Below, piece by piece: positions 10,145 through 20,190 of a stretch of DNA of 64,000 nt. The notes under the pieces were generated by a model, which had not been told where the DNA came from, did no database searches, and worked only from the letters and a program-made list of their open reading frames with translations. The first letter of the stretch is position 1. Every line of letters starts with the position of its first letter. The translations under genes were made by a program, and so were the position numbers. This stretch comes from an uncultured Porticoccaceae bacterium. GTDB taxonomy: Bacteria > Pseudomonadota > Gammaproteobacteria > Pseudomonadales > GM7GCV1. The DNA lies in contig CAZUTO010000002.1 in assembly GCA_964623085.1 (NCBI GenBank), positions 51,498 to 115,497 of the forward strand, read 5' to 3'.

Positions 10145-11620
10145 TTAAGCTATGGGGCTTGGTTGCAAAGAGAGCGCTTCGATAATCTCCGTGGCCGCAC
10201 GCCGGCCCTCTAAAATTGCTCCTGGTACCGTTGACCAAGCATCGCTACTCGTCGCCTCGCCTGCAAAAAAGAGGCGATGGTCGATAGGCTCACGCAACTG
10301 CGCACGCATGCTTGATTCTGTGTCGACATGGGTCTGTTTCTGAGCGTAGGAATAGCTGCCCTGTATATAGGGGTCGGCAATGAAATCTCGCACAACGCCA
10401 TCAATAAATCTCGAGCTTGCGTTGCCCTGATAGAGCCGATCTAAATCTGCGAGCATGGTGCGCAATATATGTTCTTCTGGAGTAGTAGTGCCTATAGAAC
10501 GGCTCTGCGTAGATAGCGATTCGGCTTGGTCTCCCATGGGGTAACACATCAGAATGTGATCGAGACTGTCGATCTTGTAGTTAGTCGGCGCCCAGAACGA
10601 GCCACAAATGCCATCGGCGACCATAAAGCCGAGGTTGTTTTGCCAAAATGGTTCACTAAAGCGCATCGCGACTTTCATGCCCTTGCCCATACCAATACCC
10701 TGGTAGGCTTGGACAGTCTTTTCAGGCAAGGCCGGTTGGAACTCAATGATTTCCGACTGCAGAACACCGATCGATGCGGTGACTAAAAGATTGCGCGCAA
10801 AATATCGCGCGCCAGTATGGTCTTCTACTTCGATGGAGTCTCCAGAATAATCGACGTGAACCACTGATCGATTGAGCTGCACCAGATCGAGTACCTCATG
10901 CCACCATATTTGATCAAGCGCATCCAGATAGCCTAGATTTGCGGGCGCGAGACTTAATATGCGTTCGGAAAGCGACCAGTCTGCACTGTCCAATGCGAGG
11001 CTGGCAACACCGATATTATCCATTGAGGTTCCATAGACAGAGCCAGCAAGCCCGTTCTCGTAAAGATGGTATAGGTCGTCTTCCGGCCTCACGCCATAGC
11101 GTTGACGGATGTCATCGGCCATGCTCAGGCTAAAATCAGTTTGCTGGCGTCGGCGCCAATAGATATCCCAATAGCTTTGATAGTCTTGAAAGCCCTTGTT
11201 GTCAGCGCAACTGCTTTCAATCTCTTCACAAAAAGTACCATTGCCCATAGCGGCGAGGGACTTTCCCGAATAGGGCATGACGTAAATGCTGTCGCCAAAT
11301 GCCTCAGTAATTGCAGGATGAACGGGATTGTTGCGTGCAAGATAGTGCTCTTCCGCACCAAGTTCCACACGTGTTGAACCTAATGTATGGCTGCGAACGC
11401 GGCCGCCATGCTGGTGAGACGCTTCTAATACCAACACACTCAACCCTTTGGCAGTTAAAGATCGCGCCGCACTCAGCCCAGCCATGCCGGCACCCACAAC
11501 GAGCACGTCGACCTCCTTTCTGTTAGCGTTGATGATGCTGCTAGAAGAGCAGGCGGGCAGTATTGATCCTAGACCTAATCCTAATCCTGTGCGTAATATA
11601 CTTCTGCGCGAACTCGTCAT
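10145..11620 (-). CDS. Tat-signal lipoprotein, flavin-containing amine oxidase family
   Basis: Start moved to ATG 11620, giving MTSSRRSILRTGLGLGLGSILPAC (twin-arginine motif plus lipobox-like LPAC). FAD dinucleotide fold VLVVGAGMAGLSAARSL...LEASHQHGGR. The longer tracked ORF (to 11953) would overlap the divergent gene. Confidence 0.8.
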   Translation of the reverse strand: MTSSRRSILRTGLGLGLGSILPACSSSSIINANRKEVDVLVVGAGMAGLSAARSLTAKGLSVLVLEASHQHGGRVRSHTLGSTRVELGAEEHYLARNNPVHPAITEAFGDSIYVMPYSGKSLAAMGNGTFCEEIESSCADNKGFQDYQSYWDIYWRRRQQTDFSLSMADDIRQRYGVRPEDDLYHLYENGLAGSVYGTSMDNIGVASLALDSADWSLSERILSLAPANLGYLDALDQIWWHEVLDLVQLNRSVVHVDYSGDSIEVEDHTGARYFARNLLVTASIGVLQSEIIEFQPALPEKTVQAYQGIGMGKGMKVAMRFSEPFWQNNLGFMVADGICGSFWAPTNYKIDSLDHILMCYPMGDQAESLSTQSRSIGTTTPEEHILRTMLADLDRLYQGNASSRFIDGVVRDFIADPYIQGSYSYAQKQTHVDTESSMRAQLREPIDHRLFFAGEATSSDAWSTVPGAILEGRRAATEIIEALSLQPSPIA

Positions 11621-11795
11621 GTTTTTAGAAATCTCATAGTGGTCGTATACAAAACTCCTGACACTATCGGCACTATGGTTGATTAGTTCAACAAAAAACC
11701 AATGTGTGCCTTTCGTTAAAGATTCGTGAGTTGGCTCCTTCGTCAAATCAAGGCTGCCTATAATCGAGTAATTGTTTGAGAGGAAGAGTAAATCT

Positions 11796-12713
11796 ATGAG
11801 TGTAAATCGACGAGAATTCTTAGGGTATTCAGCTGGCGCAATGGGCCTTGGATCATTGGGATCTACCTCGGTTTTTAGCCAAGAAAATAGATTGCTAACT
11901 AAACCTATTCCTTCCACCGGTGAGCAAATGCCACTTATTGGCGTAGGTACCAACCGTTACGGTTCTGGAACCTCTGAGAAAAACCGCGAGCCACTACTAG
12001 AGACACTTAGAACGTTTACAGGCCTTGGTGGTAAGTTGATTGATACAGCGCCTTCATATCGAAATTCGGAAAAAGTGTTGGGGAGTATTATTGGCGAGGC
12101 AGGGCTGCGAGATGATGTTTTGATGGCGACCAAATGTGATCAGCGAGGTGGCGCTCGGACCGCGCGTCAAATTGAGCAATCAATGGCCGAGCTTGGCTAT
12201 GACCAAATCGACTTTATGATGGTGCACAACATGCGAGATTGGGAAGACCAGCTGCCGGTAATCAGAGAGTTTCAGCAGGAAGGTAAGATTCGATACTCTG
12301 GGATTACCACGTCTCGCAATTCTTCTCACAAAGCCCTCGCCGATGTGATGCGGAAAGAGCCATTAGACGCAGTGCAGATCAATTATTCACTTGCTGAAAG
12401 GAATGCTGAAGAGGAGTTGTTGCCGCTTGCATTGGAGAAGGGTATCGCCGTTATCGTCAATGTGCCTTTTGATGGCGGTAGTCTTTTCAACAAGGTAAAA
12501 CGTCACGCGTTACCAGATTGGACAGCGGAATTTGACTGCACGAGTTGGGCACAGTTTTTTCTAAAATATATTGTCTCACACCCCGTAGTCAATGCAGCTA
12601 TACCGGGCACTACAAAAGTGGAGTACGCCGTCGACAATATGGGTGCATCAATGGGGCGGTTGCCAGATGCCTCGTTGCGAAAACGGCAAGAGGAGTTTAT
12701 CGATTCAATTTAG
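11796..12713 (+). CDS. aldo/keto reductase with twin-arginine signal peptide
   Basis: ATG 11796 is preceded by GAGAGGAAGAG. The N-terminus MSVNRREFLGYSAGAMGLGS carries a consensus Tat motif (RREFL). AKR body motifs include LIDTAPSY, FMMVHN and GITTS. Confidence 0.8.
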   Translation: MSVNRREFLGYSAGAMGLGSLGSTSVFSQENRLLTKPIPSTGEQMPLIGVGTNRYGSGTSEKNREPLLETLRTFTGLGGKLIDTAPSYRNSEKVLGSIIGEAGLRDDVLMATKCDQRGGARTARQIEQSMAELGYDQIDFMMVHNMRDWEDQLPVIREFQQEGKIRYSGITTSRNSSHKALADVMRKEPLDAVQINYSLAERNAEEELLPLALEKGIAVIVNVPFDGGSLFNKVKRHALPDWTAEFDCTSWAQFFLKYIVSHPVVNAAIPGTTKVEYAVDNMGASMGRLPDASLRKRQEEFIDSI

Positions 12714-12783
12714 CGAGAAAGCCCATTATCCGCTAGACTTAAATCATGAGAGAGTAGTGCGGTTATAGCGCTTGGATTAACCC

Positions 12784-13233
12784 TTGGTAGAAGATGAACG
12801 TTTTATGCGGCGATGCTTGGCGCTCGCCGAGCAAGCCTCAGCTATGGGCGAAGTGCCTGTCGGTGCGGTTGTGGTGTTCGAAAACGAGATTGTTGGCGAA
12901 GGCTATAATCAGCCGATATCTACCTCTGATCCTAGCGCGCATGCAGAGATAGTTGCGCTCAGAAGTGCTGCTAGTCACATCGAGAACTATCGGCTCCCGA
13001 ACGCGACGCTTTATGTCACCGTGGAACCCTGCACCATGTGCGCAGGTGCCCTGATTCAAGCTCGCATTTCGCGTTTAGTCTTCGGTACACCGGAGCCTCG
13101 TTCAGGTGCGGTCTGCTCGCATAAACACGTATTGGATGGAGAGCATCTTAATCATCGAGTGGAGTACAAGCAGGGGTGCATGCAAGAAGACTGTGCGCTG
13201 CTAATGCAGAGCTTTTTCCAAAAACGTCGATGA
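12784..13233 (+). CDS. tadA: tRNA adenosine(34) deaminase
   Basis: CDA zinc motifs HAEIVALR and PCTMCAGA. The start is ambiguous between TTG 12784 and ATG 12805. Confidence 0.9.
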   Translation: MVEDERFMRRCLALAEQASAMGEVPVGAVVVFENEIVGEGYNQPISTSDPSAHAEIVALRSAASHIENYRLPNATLYVTVEPCTMCAGALIQARISRLVFGTPEPRSGAVCSHKHVLDGEHLNHRVEYKQGCMQEDCALLMQSFFQKRR

Positions 13234-13478
13234 TGGTTTTGAGCAGCGTTGGCAGGCTTGCAAAGGCCGAACAACAAAAACGCTATAATCGTGTGCCTGC
13301 CAAGGGTTGATAGGCGCCGCGTTCACTTTGGGTGTGTTAGCTGCCCACTTTGTTTAGAAATCTTTATCGAATTTCACATTTCTTTGGGAGTGACGCTGGT
13401 ATCCTTTTGGTCAGTTTGAAATGTATATTTATGGCTTGCTCGGTTTAATAATGAGCTTTCCTCGATATCGTCATCGTC

Positions 13479-13512
13479 GCAGTTTGATTGCCAATACTAT
13501 TAGTCAAACTGC
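13479..13512. promoter_or_regulatory. perfect 9-bp inverted repeat GCAGTTTGA-N16-TCAAACTGC upstream of the beta-trefoil gene
   Basis: Arms at 13479-13487 and 13504-13512 are exact reverse complements. The repeat ends 31 bp before ATG 13543. It could be an operator or a 5'-UTR hairpin. Confidence 0.35.
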
Positions 13513-13542
13513 AGTGTTAAAAATTCACCAAGGGGGTGTGTT

Positions 13543-14103
13543 ATGAAAATAGGTCTATTAACGTTAGTGACAGCAGGTCTTATGTCGTTCGCGGGTCTTG
13601 CATCTGCAGAAACTGTAGAAGTAGCGCTCAAAGATAAGCTGGATACAACCACCAACGAATATTGTTTCGACATTATGGGTGGTGGTCAAAATGTTGATCC
13701 TTCTCGTGGTCTACAAGCACATACTTGTTATAGCTACCAGGGAAGACTCGGTGCGGACCAAGCGGTGACGGTTGCAGACCTTTCTAATGGTCAGTTCAAC
13801 ATTGTTGGTTTTGATGTTTGCGTCACTTTGGAAAGTTTGGAAGAAGGTGCGGCTGTCCAACTAACTGAGTGCGGCGACAATGAACTACAGCAGTTTGATT
13901 TTGACTTTGCAGATGCTGGTGAAATCAGCCCGTTAGCTGCGCCTGATATGTGTGTCACTATTGGTGATGAAACATCATACGGCATGGCGGTTAGACACCA
14001 GATTAGAACGCTGTCTTTAGAGAAGTGCACGGATGATTTGGCAGCGCGTCAGCAGTGGTTTACGCGTGACCAAGAGACGTATAACGCATCTATAGAAAAA
14101 TAG
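13543..14103 (+). CDS. secreted hypothetical protein, ricin-B/beta-trefoil-like (paralogue of 45604..46179)
   Basis: Signal peptide MKIGLLTLVTAGLMSFAGLASA. Three Cys-containing sub-repeats end in YQG, QQF and QQW (QxW-like). Strong RBS AAGGGGG. It aligns by eye with the 45604 protein. Confidence 0.6.
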   Translation: MKIGLLTLVTAGLMSFAGLASAETVEVALKDKLDTTTNEYCFDIMGGGQNVDPSRGLQAHTCYSYQGRLGADQAVTVADLSNGQFNIVGFDVCVTLESLEEGAAVQLTECGDNELQQFDFDFADAGEISPLAAPDMCVTIGDETSYGMAVRHQIRTLSLEKCTDDLAARQQWFTRDQETYNASIEK

Positions 14104-14134
14104 GTTCTATACTGAACGTTTTTCTAAAGATAGG

Positions 14135-14163
14135 AAAAAGGCGGCTAAATAGCCGCTTTTTTT
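14135..14163 (+). terminator. rho-independent terminator
   Basis: GCGGCT (14141-14146), loop AAAT, AGCCGC (14151-14156), then T7 (14157-14163). Confidence 0.8.
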
Positions 14164-14451
14164 ATGTCTGAAATACTATCCTAGGTCGATGAATCCAATC
14201 CTTGGGCTAAGGCAATGACTGCCATTGAAAAAATAGAATTGTTTTTTTATACCTATCCTGGCCATACCGGTTCTACTGTTGGGTCACCAACTGCCTAGCC
14301 AAATAGTTTTCGGTAAGCTGGTAGTTAGGCTATCTGATTTGCTTAGAATTAACCGTCGGCGTTCTGGGTATGGTTGCTTACGATTCGATCTGCGGATTTA
14401 ACTAGCATTGCCCGTTTAGATTCTTGCAGTAAGAAGGTTTCTCAGTAAGGC

Positions 14452-16134
14452 TTATACTTCCATAATTTCTATCTCTACTTCTTCTGCTTCTTCTGCTTTA
14501 TCTTCTATCTCTACTTCTTCTAGCTTTTTCTCTGTTTCTTCTTGTTCTAGCTTTGGTGCCTCTACTCCTTCCTCTAAAAATACTGCTTTTACTTCCTGTA
14601 GTGCCTCCGCTATACCCTCTAAGCCTTCTATGTTTTTCATATTTTCGTTAGCCGTTGCAATTTTTGCGATTAAAGTGTTTTGTTCCATCTCCTTTTGCCA
14701 TGCATACCACTCCAAAATATTGGCATAACGGTAGATGGTGTTGACGTAGTAGACAGGCTCAGTGCCCCGAGCAAACCCATGCCGAACGGTTGAGTAGTAT
14801 TGTTTTTGTCGCAATAGCGGTAAGAATTGGGAAACATCTGCCCATGTGTCAGCATCGCCACCACCGCGTTCAGTCAAGATTCTTGCATCCTCCAAGTGTC
14901 CAAATCCCACGTTGTAGGCTGCAAGTGCAAGTTTTGTTTTGTCTGGTTCTTCAATGCGATCGGGAAGGCGGTCTCGGAGGCTGATCAGATATCGTATCCC
15001 CCCTTCAAGGCTTTGTATCGGATCAAGCCGATTAACTCCTAGCTGTTTGGCGGTGGGAAGTGTCAGCATCATTAGTCCACGCACACCTGTAGGGGATATT
15101 GCCTTAGCGTTCCAATGTGATTCTTGATATGCCTGAGCGGCAATTAATACCCAGTTGTAGTCGTATTCTTCGGCGGTTGAGCGGAACAATGCTTCATATT
15201 CTGGTAGTCGTTCTGCGACACGTTGGTTGAATAAAAGTGAACCTGCAAAATCGATACTTGGTTCCGGGTCCAGATAGACGGATAACAAATCATCCAGCGT
15301 GCCCGATTCTTCATACTTATCGAGGAATGTATCCATTGCATCAACAAGTGAATTATCTTCATTGAGCGCGAACGCAAAGGCAATGGGGTCGTCTTGTTCT
15401 AGCGTCAGCGCAACTTCCACATTAGGAAATAGTGAGCCTTCTAGATCAAAGATACTGGAATCAATAATGGCTAGATCAAGCTCCTCATTTTGCATTCGCT
15501 CCATAAATTGGAACATGATGGAATCGGGTTCTTCTTGCCAAGATAGCGCGGGCACTGATGTCTGGATATTACGCAGCAGCTCTGTGTGCGAGCTGCCGCT
15601 GATGGCAACAATTGACCGTTCGAGATCAACCACTTCCTCTATGCTTTTAGGACGATCATTCTTGTTGTGCTGAATGAGTATTGTGTCGACACCCATATAA
15701 GGTCGACTAAATTGATAATGCTTCAATCGCTCCGGAGTAACGGATAGCGTGGCTGCCGCCAAGTCGATCGGAACCTCGCGATTGAGTGCTTCAAGTTGAT
15801 CAGTAAGCTCGTCAAACATTTCAACCTCGAGGTCCACGCCGAGATACTGTGCAAACGCTTCCAGAATATTGTAATCAAGCCCGCTAGGCGTATCGTTCTT
15901 TTGATAATAGGTTAGCGGTCCGAGGCGTCCGCCAACACGCAATACGCCCTCTTGAATAACCTTCTCTAATTGACTAGGTGGTGAGGACGAGGAGGTTGAA
16001 CCGAGTGCGAGAAAAAGCGCTATTAAAGTTAAGCAGCTTATTCTTATTTTGGATCGATACTTTTTGGTCAAATTTAAATTCGTATTTTTCGGGATTGGTA
16101 TTATGACGTTAGTAACGCTTTCAGCCAAGAACAA
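14452..16134 (-). CDS. mltF: membrane-bound lytic murein transglycosylase F
   Basis: An N-terminal periplasmic-binding-protein-like domain is followed by an SLT domain (AQAYQESHWNAKAISPTGVRGLMMLT). It is divergent from purL, as in E. coli. It carries an unusual acidic C-terminal tail. Confidence 0.85.
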   Translation of the reverse strand: MFLAESVTNVIIPIPKNTNLNLTKKYRSKIRISCLTLIALFLALGSTSSSSPPSQLEKVIQEGVLRVGGRLGPLTYYQKNDTPSGLDYNILEAFAQYLGVDLEVEMFDELTDQLEALNREVPIDLAAATLSVTPERLKHYQFSRPYMGVDTILIQHNKNDRPKSIEEVVDLERSIVAISGSSHTELLRNIQTSVPALSWQEEPDSIMFQFMERMQNEELDLAIIDSSIFDLEGSLFPNVEVALTLEQDDPIAFAFALNEDNSLVDAMDTFLDKYEESGTLDDLLSVYLDPEPSIDFAGSLLFNQRVAERLPEYEALFRSTAEEYDYNWVLIAAQAYQESHWNAKAISPTGVRGLMMLTLPTAKQLGVNRLDPIQSLEGGIRYLISLRDRLPDRIEEPDKTKLALAAYNVGFGHLEDARILTERGGGDADTWADVSQFLPLLRQKQYYSTVRHGFARGTEPVYYVNTIYRYANILEWYAWQKEMEQNTLIAKIATANENMKNIEGLEGIAEALQEVKAVFLEEGVEAPKLEQEETEKKLEEVEIEDKAEEAEEVEIEIMEV

Positions 16135-16222
16135 TTCGAGAGGGCAACAATGCGGTTTAAGTCCCTCAAATAACCAGTAGAATACCCCCTCTTTTTACCC
16201 CTAAAGGCTCTGAGGCCGCTTA

Positions 16223-19200
16223 ATGATTCAGTTGTTTGGTTCGCCAGCACTTTCCGAGTTTCGTATTCAGAAACTTCTTTCGCGATTACAATTATGCAAT
16301 CCAGATGTAAAGAATATTTCTTCAAAGTACGTCCATTTTGTTGATTTAGAAGGAATTTTAAGTGACGGAAATAAATTCAAGTTAGAATCATTGCTGACTT
16401 ATGGACCCTCGCTAAAATCCACCGAATCCGAAGGCCAGCTCTACCTCGTTTGCCCGCGTCCGGGAACGGTTTCTCCTTGGTCCAGTAAGGCAACGGATAT
16501 TGCAAAAAATACGGGTCTACATCAGATAGCACGTATAGAAAGAGGCATTGCCTTCTATGTGCAGGGTATTGAGAGAGACGAGGAGATAGCAGCGATTTTA
16601 CATGATCGTATGGTCGAAACGGTCTTATATGACATTGCGGACGCTTCGGTGTTATTTGAAACACATGAGCCTAAGCCGCTATGCAGTATTGATGTTCTTG
16701 CTAGAGGTCGTGGTGCGTTGATTAGCGCCAATACTGACCTAGGTTTGGCTTTAGCGGACGATGAAATCGATTATTTGCTGAAAAACTTCCTTGAACTTGG
16801 GCGCAACCCTACAGATGTCGAGCTAATGATGTTTGCGCAGGCAAACTCGGAGCATTGTCGACACAAAATTTTCAACGCCAGCTGGGTGGTCGACAACGTT
16901 GACCAAGAAAAGTCGCTTTTCGCCATGATTAAGAATACCTATGAACGGGGCGGCGGAGATGTACTTTCAGCCTACGCTGACAACGCGTCGGTTATTTCGG
17001 GTTCTCGCGCTGGTAGGTTTATGGTTGCGGCAGAATCTGGCAAGTATGAATATACGCCAGAAGATATTCATATATTGATGAAGGTTGAGACTCATAACCA
17101 TCCCACAGCGATAGCACCATTCGCCGGCGCTGGAACAGGGAATGGCGGCGAAATTCGCGATGAAGGTGCGGTAGGGCGTGGCTCTAAACCGAAAGTAGGG
17201 CTCTGTGGCTTTTCCGTGTCTAACCTCCATATTCCAGATTTTGAGCAACCCTGGGAGCATGCCTACGGCAAGCCGGACCGTATTGTGACGCCCTTGGATA
17301 TCATGATTGAGGGACCTATAGGCGCTGCGGCATTTAATAATGAGTTCGGTCGGCCCAATCTGTGCGGTTATTTTCGAACCTTTGAAATGGATTTTGACGG
17401 ACAGAGGCGCGGGTATCACAAGCCGATCATGATTGCTGGGGGATATGGAAATATTCGCGATCAGCATATCGATCAGCATGAATTTGAACCGGGCTGTAAG
17501 CTGATTGTGCTTGGCGGTCCGGCAATGCTGATTGGTTTGGGGGGTGGAGCCGCGTCGTCTATGGCCTCCGGTACATCCGAAGCAGATCTCGATTTTGCCT
17601 CGGTACAGCGACAGAACCCTGAGCTTGAGCGCCGCTGTCAGGAAGTCATTGATAGTTGCTGCGCCCTAGGCAAGGAGAATCCTATCGCTTTCATTCACGA
17701 TGTAGGAGCGGGTGGGCTCTCCAATGCTCTGCCTGAGTTAGTTAAAGATGGCGGTGTCGGCGGAACGATTGAGCTTCGAAAAATACCCAATGATGAGCCA
17801 AGTATGTCTCCGGTCGAAATTTGGTGTAACGAAGCGCAAGAACGCTATGTTCTGGCAGTCCGACCCAAGGATTTGATGAAATTTGAATCCATCTGTAAGC
17901 GGGAGCGTGCCATCTACGCGGTGGTGGGTGAGTCGACAGCGGATGCACTTTTAAAAGTCAACGATGATTTATTCGCCGAACAGCCAGTGGATCTGCCCAT
18001 GTCTGTGCTTTTTGGTAAGGCACCTAAGATGCATCGGATCGCCGACAAGTTGGTTACACAGACAACCGAATTTGATGTCTCCGAAATCGATCTGGCAGAA
18101 GCCATACAGCGTGTGTTGAAACATCCTGCTGTGGCGAACAAAAGTTTTCTTATCACTATTGGTGATCGCTCTATTACTGGACAAGTCGTGCGTGACCAAA
18201 TGGTCGGGCCCTGGCAAGTTCCAGTGGCAGACTGTGCGGTGACGACTGCTGGGTTTGATACCACAGCTGGCGAAGCTATGGCGATGGGCGAACGAACCCC
18301 TTATGCACTCCTTAATGCGCCCGCCTCCGGTCGTATGGCAATTGGCGAAGCCATTACTAATATCGCGTCTAGTCGCATCGAACAATTGTCCGACATCAAG
18401 CTATCTGCAAACTGGATGGCGGCAGCGGGCCACAGTGGTGAAGATGAAAAACTGTTTCGCACGGTAGAGACGGTCGGAATGGAAACATGCCCCGCGCTGG
18501 GAATTACCATTCCCGTTGGCAAAGATTCAATGTCAATGCGCACTGCTTGGAAAGATGAAGACGGCGAAAAGGCAGTGACATCGCCGCTGTCCCTTATTAT
18601 TTCGGCATTTGCGCCAGTAAAGGATGTGCGTAAAACGCTCACACCCTGTTTGGATACCAGTAGCAGTGAGACGTCACTTTTACTGATTGATCTCGGTATG
18701 AGTAAGGACCGGTTGGGCGGTTCAATATTGGCGCAAACCTATAGTGAGCTTGGTGATCAAGTACCCGATCTAGACAATCCAGAGTTGTTGAGAGGATTCT
18801 TTAGCGCTATTCAAGAGTTGATGGAAAACGGGCATATTCTCGCTTATCACGATCGCAGCGATGGCGGAGTGTTTTGTACGCTAGCAGAAATGGCCTTTGC
18901 TGGACGGTGCGGGCTCGATATTTACGTAGACGAGCGCGCGAAGCGAATTAAAGCGCTGTTTTCTGAAGAACTCGGTGCGGTTATTCAGATTGATCAGCGT
19001 CTTTTGGAAGAAGTTAAATCAGCCTTCGGGCGCTATGGCCTTTCGGGCTGTGTGACAGCCGTTGCCAGCATCAACCAGCATGATCAAATCCGCCTCATTG
19101 AAGGCGATAATGTGGTTTATCAAGAAACTAGAGCGAGCCTGCAAGAGACCTGGTCTGAAGTTAGTTTCAGAATTCAATCGATGCGCGACAACCCCGATTG

Positions 19201-20074
19201 TGCCAAGCAGGAATTTGAGCAAATATCTGCCGATGATCCAGGGCTCAGTGCATCGCTGAGCTTTGACGCAAGTGATGTAAGCGCCAGTTCGTTTGAGATT
19301 GCGAAAACGCGGCCAAAAATCGCAGTCTTGCGTGAGCAAGGCGTCAATGGTCAATTAGAAATGGCCGCGGCGTTTGATCGAGCGGGATTTGATGCGATTG
19401 ACGTACACATGTCTGATCTGATCAATGGGCGACATGTTCTCTCCAATTTTTCTGGAATGGTTGCCTGTGGTGGGTTTTCATATGGCGATGTTCTCGGCGC
19501 AGGCGAGGGTTGGGCAAAAACGATTCTTTTTAATGCTGCGCTGCGCGATCAGTTCAGTACATTTTTCGATCTCCCAGACAGTTTTAGTTTAGGTATCTGT
19601 AATGGTTGTCAGATGATGTCGAACCTGCGCCAACTAATTCCTGGTGCAGAAGCTTGGCCACGATTTGTTCGCAATGAATCAGAACAGTTTGAGGCGAGAG
19701 TTGCGCTGGTGCGAGTAGAAGAATCCCCATCTATACTCTTAGAAGGTATGGCTGGCTCGGTTATCCCTGTGCCAGTTGCACACGGTGAGGGCCGAGCAGA
19801 ATTCAGTGGTACGCAATCGATTTCCAAACTGTCGACGGTATCAGCACGTTATGTAGACAATCATCATAAAGTCACGCAACGATATCCATGTAACCCAAAT
19901 GGCTCGCCGGACGGCATTGCGGCTCTGACCTCAGATGATGGTCGCGCCACGATCATGATGCCTCACCCAGAACGTGCGTTTAGAACAGTGACCAACTCAT
20001 GGCACCCGGACGATTGGGGTGATGAGGGGCCATGGATGAAGATCTTCAGGAATGCTCAGTCGGCGTTAAATTAA
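16223..20074 (+). CDS. purL: phosphoribosylformylglycinamidine synthase (single-chain, large form)
   Basis: 1283 aa. FGAM synthase blocks are present ([20 protein letters not shown]), with a C-terminal glutamine amidotransferase domain ([13 protein letters not shown]). Confidence 0.95.
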   Translation: MIQLFGSPALSEFRIQKLLSRLQLCNPDVKNISSKYVHFVDLEGILSDGNKFKLESLLTYGPSLKSTESEGQLYLVCPRPGTVSPWSSKATDIAKNTGLHQIARIERGIAFYVQGIERDEEIAAILHDRMVETVLYDIADASVLFETHEPKPLCSIDVLARGRGALISANTDLGLALADDEIDYLLKNFLELGRNPTDVELMMFAQANSEHCRHKIFNASWVVDNVDQEKSLFAMIKNTYERGGGDVLSAYADNASVISGSRAGRFMVAAESGKYEYTPEDIHILMKVETHNHPTAIAPFAGAGTGNGGEIRDEGAVGRGSKPKVGLCGFSVSNLHIPDFEQPWEHAYGKPDRIVTPLDIMIEGPIGAAAFNNEFGRPNLCGYFRTFEMDFDGQRRGYHKPIMIAGGYGNIRDQHIDQHEFEPGCKLIVLGGPAMLIGLGGGAASSMASGTSEADLDFASVQRQNPELERRCQEVIDSCCALGKENPIAFIHDVGAGGLSNALPELVKDGGVGGTIELRKIPNDEPSMSPVEIWCNEAQERYVLAVRPKDLMKFESICKRERAIYAVVGESTADALLKVNDDLFAEQPVDLPMSVLFGKAPKMHRIADKLVTQTTEFDVSEIDLAEAIQRVLKHPAVANKSFLITIGDRSITGQVVRDQMVGPWQVPVADCAVTTAGFDTTAGEAMAMGERTPYALLNAPASGRMAIGEAITNIASSRIEQLSDIKLSANWMAAAGHSGEDEKLFRTVETVGMETCPALGITIPVGKDSMSMRTAWKDEDGEKAVTSPLSLIISAFAPVKDVRKTLTPCLDTSSSETSLLLIDLGMSKDRLGGSILAQTYSELGDQVPDLDNPELLRGFFSAIQELMENGHILAYHDRSDGGVFCTLAEMAFAGRCGLDIYVDERAKRIKALFSEELGAVIQIDQRLLEEVKSAFGRYGLSGCVTAVASINQHDQIRLIEGDNVVYQETRASLQETWSEVSFRIQSMRDNPDCAKQEFEQISADDPGLSASLSFDASDVSASSFEIAKTRPKIAVLREQGVNGQLEMAAAFDRAGFDAIDVHMSDLINGRHVLSNFSGMVACGGFSYGDVLGAGEGWAKTILFNAALRDQFSTFFDLPDSFSLGICNGCQMMSNLRQLIPGAEAWPRFVRNESEQFEARVALVRVEESPSILLEGMAGSVIPVPVAHGEGRAEFSGTQSISKLSTVSARYVDNHHKVTQRYPCNPNGSPDGIAALTSDDGRATIMMPHPERAFRTVTNSWHPDDWGDEGPWMKIFRNAQSALN

Positions 20075-20190
20075 GTGCAGGACTGAGCTAGCTCGAGACG
20101 AAGATAGTATTCATTTCTTCGCTTCCTTGCTTTCTTTGCAAAGATAAGATTGAATGCCTGCCCCGATAATGGGCCGTAGATTTCTACCAC

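Noticed and set aside
11621-11953. A 111-codon N-terminal extension of the amine oxidase ORF (tracked as 10145..11953).
   Set aside because: It would overlap the divergent AKR gene by about 160-180 bp (from 11796 or 11772 to 11953). The internal ATG at 11620 gives a textbook Tat/lipoprotein signal, so I used the shorter model.
14164-14451. The 288-bp non-coding stretch between the beta-trefoil terminator and the mltF stop, examined for a tRNA, sRNA or terminator.
   Set aside because: Only short 4-5-bp hairpins are present (CCTT-GGGCT-AAGG, CAATG-ACTGC-CATTG). There is no cloverleaf and no stem-plus-U-run, so nothing is supportable.
16967-19354. Several 100-170-aa ORFs antisense to or out of frame with purL (16967..17479, 17914..18264, 17969..18385, 18301..18642, 19019..19354).
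   Set aside because: They lie wholly inside the strongly supported purL frame and have no recognisable motifs. They are typical shadow ORFs.
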